Source: Gonapodya sp. JEL0774 (taxonomy: Eukaryota). From it: a stretch of 64,000 nucleotides of DNA. Positions 25,569 through 40,030 of the stretch are shown one piece after another. Each line of letters begins with the position of its first letter. Position 1 is the first letter of the stretch. The notes beneath the pieces were generated by a model. It had not been told where the DNA came from and did no database searches. It saw only the letters and a program-made list of their open reading frames with translations. The translations under genes and the position numbers were made by a program. The stretch spans positions 62,001 through 126,000 of the forward strand of contig JADIIX010000003.1 of the NCBI GenBank assembly GCA_027604505.1, given 5' to 3'.

Positions 25569-26759
25569 ATGTCAACCGTGATCCAGCACCTTCAAGCACA
25601 GATCACCGCTTGCGTGTCAGCCCGATTGGCTCGGGATCGTATCGTGGACGAGCAGAACCGCGCACGGGATCGCAGGGAGCAGGAGTTGCAAGTACCGCAT
25701 AGACCGTCTTGAGCGTACCCTCGCTGCACTTATCCAACCTGGGACTGTGGATCCGGCCGCACCACCTTCCTCTGGGGCAGCTTCTACTCCTTCTTTGCAA
25801 CCTTCCACCTCCGATCTTCCACCTCCATATTTCGGGAACACTTTCGGACCCCGCACCACCCCCCACCCCCCCCCTCCCTCTGGTGACGCTGTTCTCCCCG
25901 ATAGAAACGCGGTGGGGGGTGCTCTCCATCGCGACACCTCGTTGTCACGGGACCATAATGGCAGTTCCTTACTCCCCGAAGCCTGCTCCGTAAAGATATC
26001 CTCAAGAAGCTTCCGAGACACCTTTGGTGTTCTCAGTACGTTCCCGATCGTATACCCGGGGGACCTCATGAATGGGATTCGAAGGCCCAATTCAAGGAGT
26101 TCTCCATCGGTGCCAAGATCGGAATCATCCTTGGCAAGGATCTGGAGCTATCGGCTCTTGCTGGTCCGGTTGATGTCCTCTTGCGGTCCGGCTCTGAACG
26201 TCTCTTTTGGAAAGCCTCGTGGAACCTCGTCGAGTCCCTCAGCACCCTCGGCATTTCGGAGCACAGCCACCGCGCCTACATCCAGTGGCTTCATCAATTT
26301 CAAACTCAATCTGATCCTTCAGTGGTCTGGCAGCAGCTGGTCGCCCTCGACGACATCATTCGCTCGGTCCAGCGGGTGGCGGGATTCGCCTTCGATGACG
26401 TTCGCATGATCGCCTTCGAATAGGCTATCACTGAGGCTCGCCGTGGCTCCCTTGTGCTCAAGTCTTTCGTCAGTAAATCAAATCAGCAAGCGTCGGGTGG
26501 CACGCCGAAGGTCTACTGCCACCTCTTCAACTCCAAGGACGTCTGCAAAGCCGCACCTTGCCGGTATCCACACATCTGCCGGGACTATGGTGGTCCTCAC
26601 ACCACATCCTCCTGCTCTGGAGCTGCAGCGCCCACTACTACCCCCGCTGCTGCCACCACAGTTGTACCTACAGGTGGTATTGGTATTAACCTTTCTGGAG
26701 CCCCCGTTGCCGGTCCCCCCATTACGTCTCAGCGGGCAGAAGCTGGAAGGCGGGCTTGA
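25569..26759 (+). mobile_element. Decayed gag-like ORF of a DIRS/Ngaro-type retroelement
   Basis: WQQLVALDDIIRS block and C-terminal CHLFNSKDVCKAAPCRYPHICRDYGGPHTTSSC zinc-binding motif. In-frame TAG at 26421 and upstream frameshifts; no RT or tyrosine recombinase follows. Confidence 0.6.
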
Positions 26760-26904
26760 GTTGGCTCGGGTCTCCGGATGGAGTGTTGGAGGCACGGACT
26801 TCGTGCTATGGTGTACCGCGGTTTCGCCCTTCTGGTAATCTGCTTCGTGAAATGATACGACCCAAGGACTCGCCTTGCTTTGAGAGGTTGGCTTTTAGGG
26901 CGGC

Positions 26905-26984
26905 TGAGTGGTGGTTCTCGTAATGAGATCGGTGCATATGGCCTTGAGTGGTGGTTCTCGTGATGGGATCGGTGCATATGGCCT
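26905..26984 (+). repeat. 40-bp tandem repeat x2
   Basis: TGAGTGGTGGTTCTCGTRATGRGATCGGTGCATATGGCCT twice, with 2 mismatches. Confidence 0.95.
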
Positions 26985-27156
26985 TTCTATGGGGGACTGT
27001 ATGAGCGTTTCACTTTTCTCTTGTTCTTTGATTAGCTACCTTCTAGTGCCTGAGATTTTACCATTCTGTGTTTGTTAGAAAAACCATGGTGCAGGGGCCC
27101 TATCCTGTCTTCGCATTCATTCAGTCCCTTGCAGTCATCCACTAGCACAAACCAAA

Positions 27157-30100
27157 ATGAAACGCCGCTCAACCGGTACTACAAATACCCGCCAGCCGCG
27201 CCAATCGCAACTTCCTTCTTCTCCCTTTGCTGCTGCTGCTGCTGCTGCTGCATCTGCGTCTGCACTTAAATTATCACAAATCAAATCCCATTCCAAGTCT
27301 CCTGTTGTGCCGGCATCAAAGAATTCATCACCTAACGCTCACTCGCAGATACCAAACTCATTGGTGGAATGCCCTGTATGTGCTTCCTTTGTCCAGCAGA
27401 CTCAAATCAATGCACATCTCGATACGGCATGTCCCGGTCCGGATTCCGCAATCGAATCCAACTCGGGGGCGATGAACAAGCCAAGCACCACCGATGAGTC
27501 AGAAATGATGATGGGAGTAGTGATGGCTCAAGGACCATCGTCTGACGTTTTGGACACTGATGCGAATGCAAGTGGAGACCTCGTCCACGAAGTAGCGATC
27601 ATCAGGGACTTGAAATTGAATGGAAACGAAAACGGAAGCGATAACGGACATCGGACTCCTCCCCACACGCTCCTAAACCCCGTGAAGACCACCGTCATCG
27701 CCTCTACCCACACTCACACTTCGAGCACCATGCCCCCCCCACCAAACCCATATCCGAATCCCAACCCTCTTAAACGCCCTTACTCTCAGTCCACCCCCGC
27801 CCCTTTCTCCTTATCCTCCCACGACGCTACCAATACACACCCCAACCCGCTATCCTCCACATTACAACCTGTCAACCCCTTCTCGCTCTCCTCCAAACGC
27901 CTCCGTACCGACATGGAGGACAAATCCCGACCGCTTTCCGAAGTAGCCCGGCCTAGCGTGTGGGATGATGTCTTTGGGCAGGAGGAGGTGGGTTTGGTGG
28001 GCGAGATGGGGAAAGGGGCCGTGGCTGGGTCGCCGGGGTGTGGAATGTGAACTTGTCTGGGAAATGAAACAAGCTTGTGACAAAGCGTGCTGTGGTGTTA
28101 AAAGATGTTACAGGTGTGCCAAGGCCTTTGAGTTCAGTCAGGCCCATTTTATCGTCTTTCGTTTACCTGTGTCAAACGCTGTTTCTCATCCGCTCCATCA
28201 CGTCCTCATTGTCCCCTATCCCCTTGCTTCCTCCCATAAGCTTGTCGGCCCCAATTCCCTCCTCCGCATGCTCGTCGAGGAGAAGAGAGTGCCTAGTGTG
28301 GTGTTTTGGGGACCGCCAGGTAAATACTCTGTTGCAAAGCACACGGGAGCTCCAAAGTTCGGGTTGGCTGAGAGTAGATTGGTGTGGACGACCGTGAATC
28401 GAGTGTTCTGTTGTGAAAAATCTGGAGAAAGCGAAGTAGGGGAAATTGAACGTCGCATGCATCAGTAACAGCCATGTGCTGGTCTGCTATAAATCTGATC
28501 ACACCTTCCCCTGTCGCCACCACACAATTTGCACCACTCACCTGTTTGTGCGTTAGGAACGGGCAAGACCTGTCTCGCTCGCATCATTGCGAAGGCTCAG
28601 GGGGGTTTTTACAGGGGTGAGTGAACCTGCTCTGCCTCTATTCTTGTATTTCGGGCCCTGTTTCGCCCGTTTGTCGAGCCCGTGGTGAAATATCTTGCGA
28701 AAACTATCCACTCGTTGCTTAAAACCAACTACGAACCACCATCATGCAATGCCCCAATTCCACAACATATTCCTGGTACTCCTCCTCCTCAGAACTTTCC
28801 GCCGTGACCGACAACCTTCCTGCTGCCAAAAAGCACATTGACGACGCCCTGCAGTACCGCCGCACCCACCCCGACTCCCCACGACCCTTGGTGTTTGTGG
28901 ACGAGGTGCATAGGTTCACGAAGGCTCAACAAGACTTTTTCTTACCAGGCGTTGAGAAAGGGGACTACACGTGAGTTGGCCGGAAGGTGACATAGAGGAG
29001 ATGCCCTACGGGGAGCTTTGCGCCTAGGTGGAAATTGCAGACGCAATTTTGTGGAATGATGCTGAACCCATTTTCCGTCCCAACCGCTAATCTCGCCACC
29101 ATAACGATTCCATCTGCCCAAACTGCCCACCAGTCTTTTATCCGCGACCACCGAGAACCCCTCCTTCCGCATCAATGCCGCTCTCCTCTCCCGCTGTCGC
29201 GTCTTCACGCTCTCCAAACTCACACCCGAGTCTATTGAGCGCGTGGTGGTACGGGGGGCTCGATTGAAAATCGCCAGGGTCCTCGAAGGGTGGAGATGTG
29301 TGGTGGGGGAGGTGGATACGCAAGGCAACCTGATGAATCAAACGGAGGGGTTGGATGACGAAGGAGAAGCGGTGTGCTCGCCGAGTGGATCGGCCGAGAC
29401 GGGGTCCACTTCCACCACTCCAGCTCTCGGTACCCCTACGGCAGTTGCCTCGGCGCCCCCACCACCGACCCTGTACCTCCACCCCACCGTCCCCACACTC
29501 CTCTCGCACTCATCGGACGGTGACGCTCGGGCGGCGCTTAACGCGTTAGACATGGCGGTGGACATTGTGGTGGCGAGGTACCGGACTGAGGTGAGAGAGG
29601 GGAGGACGTGGCTTTCAGTGGAGCCCGCAGAGGTGAGGGAAGCGCTGCAGAAGACGCACTTGGTGTACGATCAGAAGGGGGATCAGGTGGGTTTAGGTGT
29701 GTAGGTGAGCACAGGGTACGCATAAAAGGCACTGATGGGCATGTAAAATGGGATTCTGCCGCCGAAAGCATTACGAGGTGATCTCGGCGCTGCATAAGAG
29801 TATGCGAGGTGGGGATGCTGACGCAGCTGTGTATTGGTGAGTGAGAACGGCCACCGGTACTCCACTCGTCTCCGCACGATCAACTAAGCACCCACCGTTC
29901 TCACCGGTCCAACACACGTCACCAAGGCTGGGTCGCATGCTCTACGCCGGTGAAGACCCCCTCTACATTGCCCGCCGCCTGGTACGCTTTGCTGCCGAGG
30001 ACGTAGGGATGGCTGACCCGTCCGCGCTTCCTCTGGCGATCGCAGCGTGGCAGTCTGCCCAGTATTTGGGCATGCCTGAGTGTGATGCGGCGTTGGGGGA

Positions 30101-30681
30101 GTGTGCGGTGTATTTGGCGAGGGCGAACAAGAGTGTCGAGGTGTACAGGGGAATGGCCAAGGTGGGTGTCGTGCCGGCAGGGGCTTGCTTGGGGTTGTTT
30201 TGGAATCCCATTTATTCTTGACTGTGTCCCTGTGCATGGGGCTTTATTGATGTGATCGAACTTCTGCACCATTAGGTGAAGGAGTACGTCCAAAAGGAGC
30301 GTGCGTGGCCGGTCCCGTTACATCTGAGGTGAGAGGTGCTCGACGTCCGGTAGTGTTTGGAGTTATTCACTCAGGATGTGATGTCTGTGTGTTGCGTCCA
30401 TGAATGGATTGTCCGGGCAACGTATCGTTGTTTGAAATGTCTCAGGAACGCTCCGACATCGCTAATGAAAGAGTTGGGATACTCTGAAGGATACCAGTAT
30501 AATCCTGGTGAGCTTGTGCGGTATTGAGCTTGTGCGGTACTTTCTAAGCTGGATCTCCTAATGTGCGCTTATTTGTGTTTGACCTTTCCGACCCGTGGAA
30601 CATACAGACTTTGCGGATCGAGGAGAACCAGTGACGCAGGAATATTTGCCTCCCGAAATGAGAGGTGTCAAGTTTCTGTGA
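27157..30681 (+). CDS. MGS1: Mgs1/WRNIP1 AAA+ ATPase with UBZ zinc finger
   Basis: CPVCASFVQQTQINAHLDTAC (UBZ4), FWGPPG|TGKT, VFVDEVHRFTKAQQDFFLP, ATTENPSFRIN, RMLYAGEDPLYIARRLVRFAAEDVG. Confidence 0.95.
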
Positions 30682-31203
30682 ATTTTGCTGGAGCGAGAGT
30701 ACCGAATTGAGGGGTCTTTTTGTGCAGGTGATTGTTGAGAGATAAACCATTATTGATATCTGTAATGTTTGCACTTGTTGTCCTTGTTTGTTAGAACTCA
30801 GATATTGATGTTGATTACCACATACAGACATAGGTTTATAAGGATGACGAATCAGGAGGGAATGCCAGTATGTAGCCGTATCGTACGGGACAGATGTTTC
30901 AACGATCGGAATTGGTCCCGCTCAATCAAGTTATGTATTATTATAGATTAAAGTACAGAGAATGTAAAGATTGTTTCTTGTTGTAATCTCTGTGAGTGTG
31001 CCAGGCGCAACCGTGATCTTAGTTGTAAGCAGTGTAGCCTGCGATCAGTACTGACTGAGAGGATATTTTATATCTCTGTACACAGCTCCAAGAAAGTGGG
31101 TTTCATTCCTCTGATCAGCGACAAATAAATAATATTTTGACTTTTTTAAGTTTGATATCACGTGGAAGCCCATTGAAGGTTCATCCGAGTGGGGACCAGG
31201 GGC

Positions 31204-33999
31204 ATGTGGTGGAGGAATCTTTACCACAAGAAATACAAACGCGATAAATTTGCTCCCTACGTCTGTCGTTGTGAGAGTTTCTCGTAGTAGTTACCCCGTG
31301 GACAAAGTAGTGGACGGTACCGAAGATGAGCGTAAGAAGAATTCCATCCCTGCCGGTGAGCTTATCGCGAATCAGTGCTGCCTGACGGTGTCTCACGGAA
31401 TCGGTTCCGTGCTCGCTTCTTCCTCGATGACATGTGACTTCATCTGTTTCACAACTCTCAGGGCGTTGTAGGCTGGTTCTCAAACGCGATCGGGACGTCG
31501 AAGTCAACTTCAGGCGTGTCAAACGGTTCGGCAGACCTGTCCTCGTCCAAGAACTCTACGAAGAAGCGGAGGCTAAAGCGACAAGACACTATGGACTTTG
31601 ATGGTGCTGACGATAGCTCTGGAAAAGGAAGAATCGCCAGGGGTGCCTACTCTCATGCCCTCCCCATCCACACTGAAATTACATTCAGCCCCTTCGATAA
31701 GGACTACGGCTCTGAGATCTCGGGGACAGTCTCTGAATCGCCCAAAGGATCACCGTCAGCAGAGAAAACGAGTAGCGAAGCTACCGAGAAGAGTCCGAGT
31801 GAGATAGAAAGTGAGGAGGAAGCAGCAGTTGCCAAGGAGCACAAAGAGCGGGCACAACGGAGAGTCGCAACTGGTGACAAGCTTGATCTGAAAGGATTTT
31901 GGAACTTGTCGATGTTGTTGCTGTGAGTGCCATCTTCATGAATCGCGACACATCAGTCTTTAAATTATCTCCCAAAAGTGGAGTTCAAAACCTTCGCCTC
32001 ATCGCTGAAAATTATATCAAATACGGACTTTTGATAACCACTCAGCATTACGAAATTGTACGTGTTTTGGCTATCAGAAAGAGCATTTCGATATCAGCTC
32101 ATCGGTTGTTGTTCCCCCACATAGTCCATTGGAGATTTGGCGTGCGTCGCCATCTGCTTGGGCTTAATGCCTCTCCACCTATTGTTTGCTGTTTTCATTG
32201 AAAAGCTTGCGCTGCGATTCACTGATGCCCACATTCGTCGTCGAGCAGTGGACCTGGCCACCCCATCCAACCCCGCAAACTATCAGTCAAACCAAAATGG
32301 AACATCAAACGGAAAGCAAACCGTCAGTGAAACTACACCTCTTCTTTACACTCAGTCGACACCTGCTACGGAAGACCTTCCGTTCACACTCACCGTTCTC
32401 ATACCTATTTTGGGATATACGAACGCCCTCATTCAAATCTTTGTGCCAATCTTCATTATCTGGAACATCATGTTCCACCCGGCTCCTGCTACCATCGCTC
32501 TCTTTTTTCCCCTCATCCTCTTTTTGAAACTCCTGTCCTACTACTGGGTCAACGAGGCTCTCCGCACTGAATATCTTCGCAACTCAGCTGCATCTGCAGC
32601 GGCCAGAGTTCGTTTGGCTTCGAATGATGCCAAGCCTCCTTTAGTGCCCACTCCGCCGTCGCCGAATCCGTCGAGACCGCCCGTGACGGTGTCGCACGCT
32701 TTTTACTTCTGGGTTGCTCCTACCTTGTGCTACCAGATCTCGTACCCGAGGACGAAGAGGGTACGGAGGACCTATGTGATGAAAAGAGTTTTGGAGATGG
32801 CGGTGGTTGGTCTTTTCATTTGGTTTTTGATAGAGCAGTATGCCATGCCGACTCTGAAGGTATGTTGCCTAGCAGAACGTGAAGCGGCTTCCCCCATGTT
32901 CACCGTCCATTCTGAAAATTGGATCAAAGAATGCAATGCAGCCAATGAGTGACCTTAGTTGGCCTAAAGTGTTTGAGAGGGTTTTGAAACTCAGCTTCTC
33001 CTCTCTGTAAGTGTTCTCACGATCAATCCTCAGTGTAAAGTACTGACGAAACTCCATATGATTTGTCTACCCTCGCTGATCTTGATTTCGCATGCCCCGT
33101 TTTTAAACTGACAGCTACATCTGGCTCGGTGGATTTTATTTCTTCTTCCATTCATTTCTCAACTTCACCGCGGAGGTTGGTCTGATGTTGATGTTGGATC
33201 AAGCCATGTGCACCGTTTCAATATTAGTATTACTTTCATTTCATTAGCTCCTTCGTTTTGGGGACCGCCAATTTTACCTGCCGTGGTGGAACAGCGCCTC
33301 GATTGGAGAGTACTGGCGATTATGGAATATTCCTGTGTACACCTGGGCCAAACGCCACGTGTACCTTCCCATGGTTCTCAACCTTGGATGGAAGCCATGG
33401 GCGGCGCAGTTGGTCGTGTTTTTGGTGTCTGCGGTGCTACATGAGGTTGTGGTGAGTTTTTATGGATTGGTCCCTGCATTGACTTTCACCCTGCATTTAC
33501 TTTCACAATGACAGGTCGGTATTCCAACCCACCTTCTCTACGGCTGGGCTTTCATCGCGATGGCTGGCCAAATCCCACTCATCTGGCTCACGCAATCGCT
33601 ACAAAACCTCCGACTGCGATGGGGACGGATTGCCAGAAGAGCGAGTATGGTTGGTGTGCCAAGGCTGGGGAGACCAGCGGCTGATGTTGTGGATACAGTG
33701 AGTGAACGGGAGGGTTGGTTTATCTTGTTGTGCATGTTTGGCTCTCGTGGTAACAGGTCACGTTCCACCCGTTTACCACGTTGGAAACAAACAAACAAAC
33801 AAAAAAAGTCGGGCAATATGATATTCTGGATTTCGTTTTGTATCGTAGGACAGGTGCGTTCCTTATTGGTCATGTTGTGCGAAACCGGTCTGTGTTCAAA
33901 ACATATTATTGCGTCCGTTTCGTTTCCTCCAATGGCCAGCCTCTTGCGATTATGTTGTATTACCGCGAGTGGAACAGAAAATACGGTACAGGGGCCTGA
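31204..33999 (+). CDS. MBOAT acyl-CoA:diacylglycerol acyltransferase, DGAT1 type
   Basis: YFWVAPTLCYQISYPRT, FYLPWWNSASIGEYWRLWNIPV, SAVLHE, GNMIFWISFCIVGQPL. Start uncertain. Confidence 0.88.
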
Positions 34000-34343
34000 G
34001 TTGTGGACATAGTCATTGTCGGCCATCATTGGACAGCATATGGTTTTGGTTTGGATGTTTTGCTCGATTGAAACGTGTCTGCGTTTGTAAATGCCAGGGA
34101 TTCTAATTCTACCACAAGCTCTAGAATATTGCTTCCGAGATTGCTCTCTTTCGTTCTGATGTAATTGGTCTTAAAAATCATTTTTTTTTTTGTTTCAAAA
34201 CACCGAGATCAGTCAACCGCGAACGTTCAAGGGACACATTACGACGCGTCATCATGGTGTTCTGTGGGACACGATTGGACCAAAAGGTACTGAAGATGAA
34301 TCGATGTTCAGTCATGAATTCCTTACGCGGGTACACAATGTCA

Positions 34344-35292
34344 CTACGACCTCAGAGAGCTGGTGCTCGTTCCCAACTCCCTCCATCCTGCCGTCTCCAG
34401 GTGTGGTAAGCTTCTATGCCGCGACGGGTCGACACCGGCGTAGGCAGCGAGGAGAATCTGCAGCACGTCTCCGTGAGCTGCAAGAATGTGAACGGTGTAG
34501 GTAGGAGTGGGCGAAGAGGGAGGAGCTATTTTAGTTGCAACAATGGTCTCAACGACGCGAGATGAGCGACAGAGGACGGCAAGCACGTCCTCGACGTTGC
34601 GAGAGTTTCTGCTGGGCAGGACAGTGGAGGTTTCTCCTGGCTCCTGGTCGGTATCGGCATCGGATATTGTCGATCCATTCTTGTCTGCTTTGAAACCAAC
34701 GCCGAGCGTCGAAAGTTCGTGGGGTCGATCAGGACCAGCAATGTAGTTCGAGTTCCACCACCTGGAAAGTTGAGACGGTGCGGGTAACATTTCATCTTCT
34801 CTCCACACATCCTTGTAGTGCACGTCTGGCCCAAGATCCCAATCGCCAAAAAATCGCTCACGAAGGTCGGGATGCACGATTAGGTTGTTGCATACAGAAA
34901 ACACACTGTTCGATTTGAATTCTTCGGAAAGCGCGTCCACTACTATGCGTGCCGTTGTACGCGCACGGAGAAACGGTGAAGAATGTACATAAATGTGAAC
35001 ACTCTGGTGTGAGGAGTGCTGGGCTTGAGGGAATCGGGCACGAAGAAATTCTGCAAACGCGAGCGCTGATTCCTGAGCCTGGGACCTGCCGAGGTCAGAA
35101 AGATCGTAAGAGTTCGGACCAACGGAGGGGGAGGAAACGATGAGGCCTAATAATGCAAATTCCTTGGTGCTCCCATTGAAATGATTCCAAGAGCAATTGT
35201 GGAAGGAACACACCTTGCACGTTGGCTTCAGATTGGCCATGTCTGAACGCAAAGATGGAAGTGGTGGGAGGAATTGGACACAGAGGGGCCAT
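34344..35292 (-). CDS. Histidine phosphatase / phosphoglycerate mutase-family protein
   Basis: FRHGQSEANVQG|LIVS, SSPFLRARTTA, LRERFFGDWD, AAHGDVLQIL; one intron. Confidence 0.9.
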
Positions 35293-35750
35293 TGATTGAT
35301 CACTTCAACAACAGTTGTACGTGTGGACTGATAAGGCGAACTCGTGGGTACGGCGACTATGTAATGTACATACACAACCCAGGATTGTGAGCAAACAATA
35401 AAAGATTCGGACGGCAAGCATCAGAGGAAAGCGGAACAAAAAGCATTTTCTTGTTTTCTTTTTGTTCGGAAATGGACCGAAATTTCATTCTGCGACGCCC
35501 CTGGCCGCCTTCCTGAGGTCCCCTGGCCGCCGTCACAAGAGGCTAAACGATCACTGAGAACATCAACTACATTTTCACCACACGCCTGCATTAATCGCGA
35601 TATTCTGAAGTTGGAAACTAGCGCTCAAGCTCTCTTGTGCCTGCCAAGCGCGTGACTCGTGTGATTCTCCACCCTTGGAAGCCGTGACTCTACGTGGGCC
35701 ATTGCCTCCTCGAGATCGCAGACGCTATTTCAGCGGTCGCCCGCATTGGA

Positions 35751-38283
35751 ATGGACGCACAAACTCCAGACACGCCTAGAATGTCAGAGGCTTCCACTGC
35801 TGTTGGGTCTGACCGGGAAGGTCCTGCAACCACTACCCTGAACTTCCCCGTCATCCTTCCGCCGCCATCTTCCGTGCATCCTGGCTCCAGCTCGAGAGCC
35901 ACTGAAACCAAACAAAGCATAGCTGTGCCTCCTTCGCTTACGATTGAGCCGACTGAGCGCTCCCGACGCAAATCGACCACTTCTGCCAAAACTCCCAGGT
36001 CTCCGACACAACCCACCACACCAAACTCCCTCCACGCGGTCGCCTCACGTCCTCCCGGAACCTCATCCCTATACCCACTCACAGTACAGCAGGCTTCTTT
36101 GCCACCTGTTGAACATATCATTCACCTTCCGTCCTCACTGGAAATGAATGAGCAGAGCTCGGCACCCATCCGCTCGTTTCTGGGCCGTGCCATTGACTAC
36201 TGGCGAACTCTGTTAACGTACCTGGGACCGGGATACATGATTGCTGTAGGTTACATGGATCCAGGCAATTGGGCGACAGATCTGGCTGGTGGGTATTACA
36301 AGAATGGTTGCGCGAAGCTGAATTCATACTGCCCAGAACCGCAAAAGGGGTTTGTTGCACCTTCAGTGACGGGTGTAAGCATCACAGCGTGGAGGAGATG
36401 ACGACTCCCGACATTCTTGTTTTTCTCATTCTTCGCTGAAGTTCCAACCAAACCATTCTTGATGGATGGCCATCCAGCTTCACTCGTCTGCTGGGCGGAG
36501 TTATTCTTCGGACTTCAGATTTCGCTGATACTCTTCCATACCCTTATTTATCCCTTAAGCCGGCTCCACATTCAATTACAGTCTCCTTCACATCGTCCTC
36601 ATCTCCAACCTCATGGCAGTCCTCCTCCAGTCCCTGGCTATCAAGCTCGGCATCGCCACCGACCGCGACCTTGCCGCCAACTGCCGTGCCAACTTCAACC
36701 CCCGTGTCAACTTTGTGTTGTGGCTCCTCGCCGAGTTTGCAATCATCGCCACCGACCTCGCCGAAGTCATCGGGACCGCCATCGCTCTGAACCTGCTCTT
36801 CAACGTTCCCGTTTTGTGGGGCGTGTTCATCACGGGATTGGATGTACTGGTCATTCTACTTGGGTGGCAAGAGCGCACCCTCCGTTTCTTTGAGATGGGC
36901 ATAGGCCTCCTCGTGGCAGGCGTGGGAGTGTGTTTTACAGTACTCCTTGTTGACTCCAGACCCAATTTCGGAGACCTCATGGTAGGGTTTGTTCCCACTC
37001 CAAAGCTTTTCTCGGAGCCTGGCATGCTCTATCTGGCAATGGGCATCATTGGAGCCACCATTATGCCCCACAACCTCTACCTCCATTCCAACATCGTTCT
37101 GTACAGGAGGCGGGAGGCAGAAGCGCTTGCCAAGAGCGAAAAGGAGAAGGAGAAGGAAGGCGCACATCTCTCCAAGAGCGTTTCTGGGTCGTCTGAAAGT
37201 GGTGATGTGTACCGGCCAAGAGCTCACTCCCCCAATCCTCGCACTGGTACCGTCGGTGTCGATGTCGCAGGCGCTCACCGCATTTCTTCTGGAACGTCCG
37301 ATGATGAAGTTGAGATGAAATTGGCGCGCGAGGGAAAGGGCGGCGGCACTAGAGGTACATTTGTCGGCGAGTCGGTTGCGACTCCAAGACGAGGCGCTGC
37401 CCCAGAGGCATCGTCGGGAGACTTGAGAACAGCAGAGCCTGGGGAGGGCGAAGCCGCTGTGATCGTGGTCGGGACGATTCCCGCTTCCCATATCCCCGGT
37501 TCGGTTCGGTCTGCAGGATCGGACGTTGGAGATCTTCGCCGTACGACGGTGTCGCTTGACTCGGCGGACGGTTCCGGCTTCGAACATGACCCCATGACTC
37601 ACCTACCCACAACGCTCCACTTCACTATTCTCGATGGTGTTCTGGCTCTCACCTTCGCACTATTTGTCAACGCCGCCATCTTGTCAGTTTCGGCTGCGGC
37701 GTTCAACTCCCGCGGCGTGCCAGTTGATGAACTGCAAGACGCGTATCGTCTCATGAACGAAACACTTGGTGCGACGGCGGGCACCTTGTTTGCCCTTGCG
37801 CTGCTCTTTGCCGGACAAAGTTCCACCATCACTGGTACATTGGCGGGTCAGGTGGTAATGGAAGGATTCTTGGGGCCGGCGGTGGTCGGGAAAGTGAAGC
37901 CCTGGGCGCGCCGGCTCGTCACACGTGGATGCGCCATTTTGCCAGCTGCCATTGTGTGCATCGTGCGCGGAGAGTCGGGTGTCAATGACCTGCTGGTTGC
38001 GAGTCAGGTTGCTCTATCGGTGCAGCTTCCCTTTGCTGTGTGGCCTCTTGTGTGGTTTACGGCGAGAGGAAGTGTAATGGGTGTGCGACGGAGGCGGAAA
38101 GAAGGGTATAGGGAGTTGGCGGGTGGGGATCCGGAGCAGGACGACTCAGCGGAACAGGAGCACGAAGTGGACATGCGTTTTGTGAACTCATGGTGGATAA
38201 CGGTACTTGCCGTTCTGGTGGCAAGTCTTTTGACAGGACTCAATGTGTGGTTGTTGGTGCAGGTTGCACTGGGCCAAAGTTGA
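35751..38283 (+). CDS. NRAMP-family divalent metal transporter (Smf1/MntH-like)
   Basis: [54 protein letters not shown]. Confidence 0.95.
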
Positions 38284-38524
38284 TTTGTTCCACGTTTTAA
38301 CAATAATGTATCACTGCTGACTTGCATCCTGCCACCTTTTTTACAGTATTCATCTAGAATTGCATGTAAATATCTCAATTCTTTTGCTCCACACGCATGA
38401 TCCGATTTCACGTGCGATTTGATCGGTGAGATTGATTTTAGCTCGTTGGGATCCAGGATAAACCGGGATGTGCCGACCGTGTGAGGTTATGAGGCCCCAC
38501 GAATATCCGACGCCCAGGAACCGA

Positions 38525-39399
38525 ATGTCCACAACTTCACGACGTGAACAGGAAGAAGAGCCCCTACTCGCCGACAGCGAACCGCGTACGAAATCCAAAG
38601 GCTCATCGGTCGCTAGATTCGCCCTCTACTCGCTCGGTGCAATCTTCATTTCACTCATCGTTCTCTCTGTGGCAGACATGGGTTGGTACGTAGTAGTGCC
38701 TGATGCCCAGCAACCTGTTGACGCCTGCGCCTCATCTCACTTTCGGTCCGCTTCGGGCAAATAACGGGTTTGCAGGGACGTTTCTCGGGATATTGCTGTA
38801 AATGCCCCAATCAAGTACGCAGCGACTGTTTTGAATGATGTAGCTACGTGGCCACGATGGGATGTTGACTTGAAGAAGTGGTGAGTGATTGAGTACCCCG
38901 GGAATTTCGGAAAAACTGCCCATTGATCATCGGATTGCCTTGTTCGTCTGTCGGGATGCCAGTGATTTAGATAAAGGAGCAACTCAGCCCGCGATTGGAG
39001 TAACAGGAACACTTCACATGAAATTTGGAATGTCATTTCCCATGTCGTTTGTCGATGTGAATCTGCCAGGTACGATGCCAGTTGTCGGACCCCGTCTCAT
39101 TGAGGCACACCTCTTACGAGTACTCGCTTCCAGATCGAGTCGCCTACAGCACTCCATTCACGGGAGCTAATCTGAATTGGTATTGGCAATTCCCCGCGGA
39201 GAAGCGTACAGACACTCAATTCACTACTCAGATGGGAGTGTCGTGCACCGGGCCACTTTGCTGGGCGTATGGGTTGATGCTGAAGAATCCAAGTTTGAAA
39301 GCTTTCGATAAGTGTCTTCCACTCCTGAAACAATGTATTGAGGGCGAGGCAACGGGCAACCCCGTTCCCTTTGTTCCGGACCCAGATCCGACGAAGTAG
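38525..39399 (+). CDS. Membrane-anchored protein, possibly SRPBCC/START-like ligand-binding fold
   Basis: N-terminal TM helix, then INAPIKYAATVLNDVATWPRWD, resembling an SRPBCC start; about 3 introns. Confidence 0.5.
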
Positions 39400-40030
39400 A
39401 GATTTTCATGGCAGCTTTGGAGCCACACATTCCGTTGTAAATTTTCCAATATCACGTCTTTCCATCCGTTTACAGTTTATCATTTCACACATCGCGTATT
39501 CAGACAAGGGACATCTGCAAATCCTCCTCGACTTGAACACGTGTACTAAATGCAATACAAAAAGGTTCATTTATTCATTAGTTTTTTGCGATGTTGATAC
39601 AAGCATTTTTGGAGTTAGCAGTTGATTTCCGATGTGTGTAAAGATATGGATAAGATGGAAGTCGTGTGAAGCAATCAGGTGAAAACTATGCACAGTTGTC
39701 GATACTCGAAAAGATTACCCCAAGTGAAACAACGACCAAACTCCTCCATCACGCAGGATTACCATCCCCTGAAGGGAGGACAGTCACATGTTGGGTCAGC
39801 GAACAACGTGACAAGACAATCAATTCCTTCGGTCGCTCACCTTCCGAAAGGCGGTGGTGGTGGTCCAATCGAATTAGTTCCAGCATTGGGTGGCTGGAAC
39901 CGCGACGACATTCTGTCCGAATACTCGCGACTCGTTACTGACTGGTAGATCCGATTGGTCGCAGTCGTGTTGGGGTTTGTGGATCTTTGTGTAACCATGT
40001 TGCTGGTCTATCAGGTCCCGTTTGCCAGAG

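Noticed and set aside
30509..30539. 16-bp tandem duplication at an MGS1 splice donor
   Set aside because: The second copy lacks the GT; a trivial slippage event.
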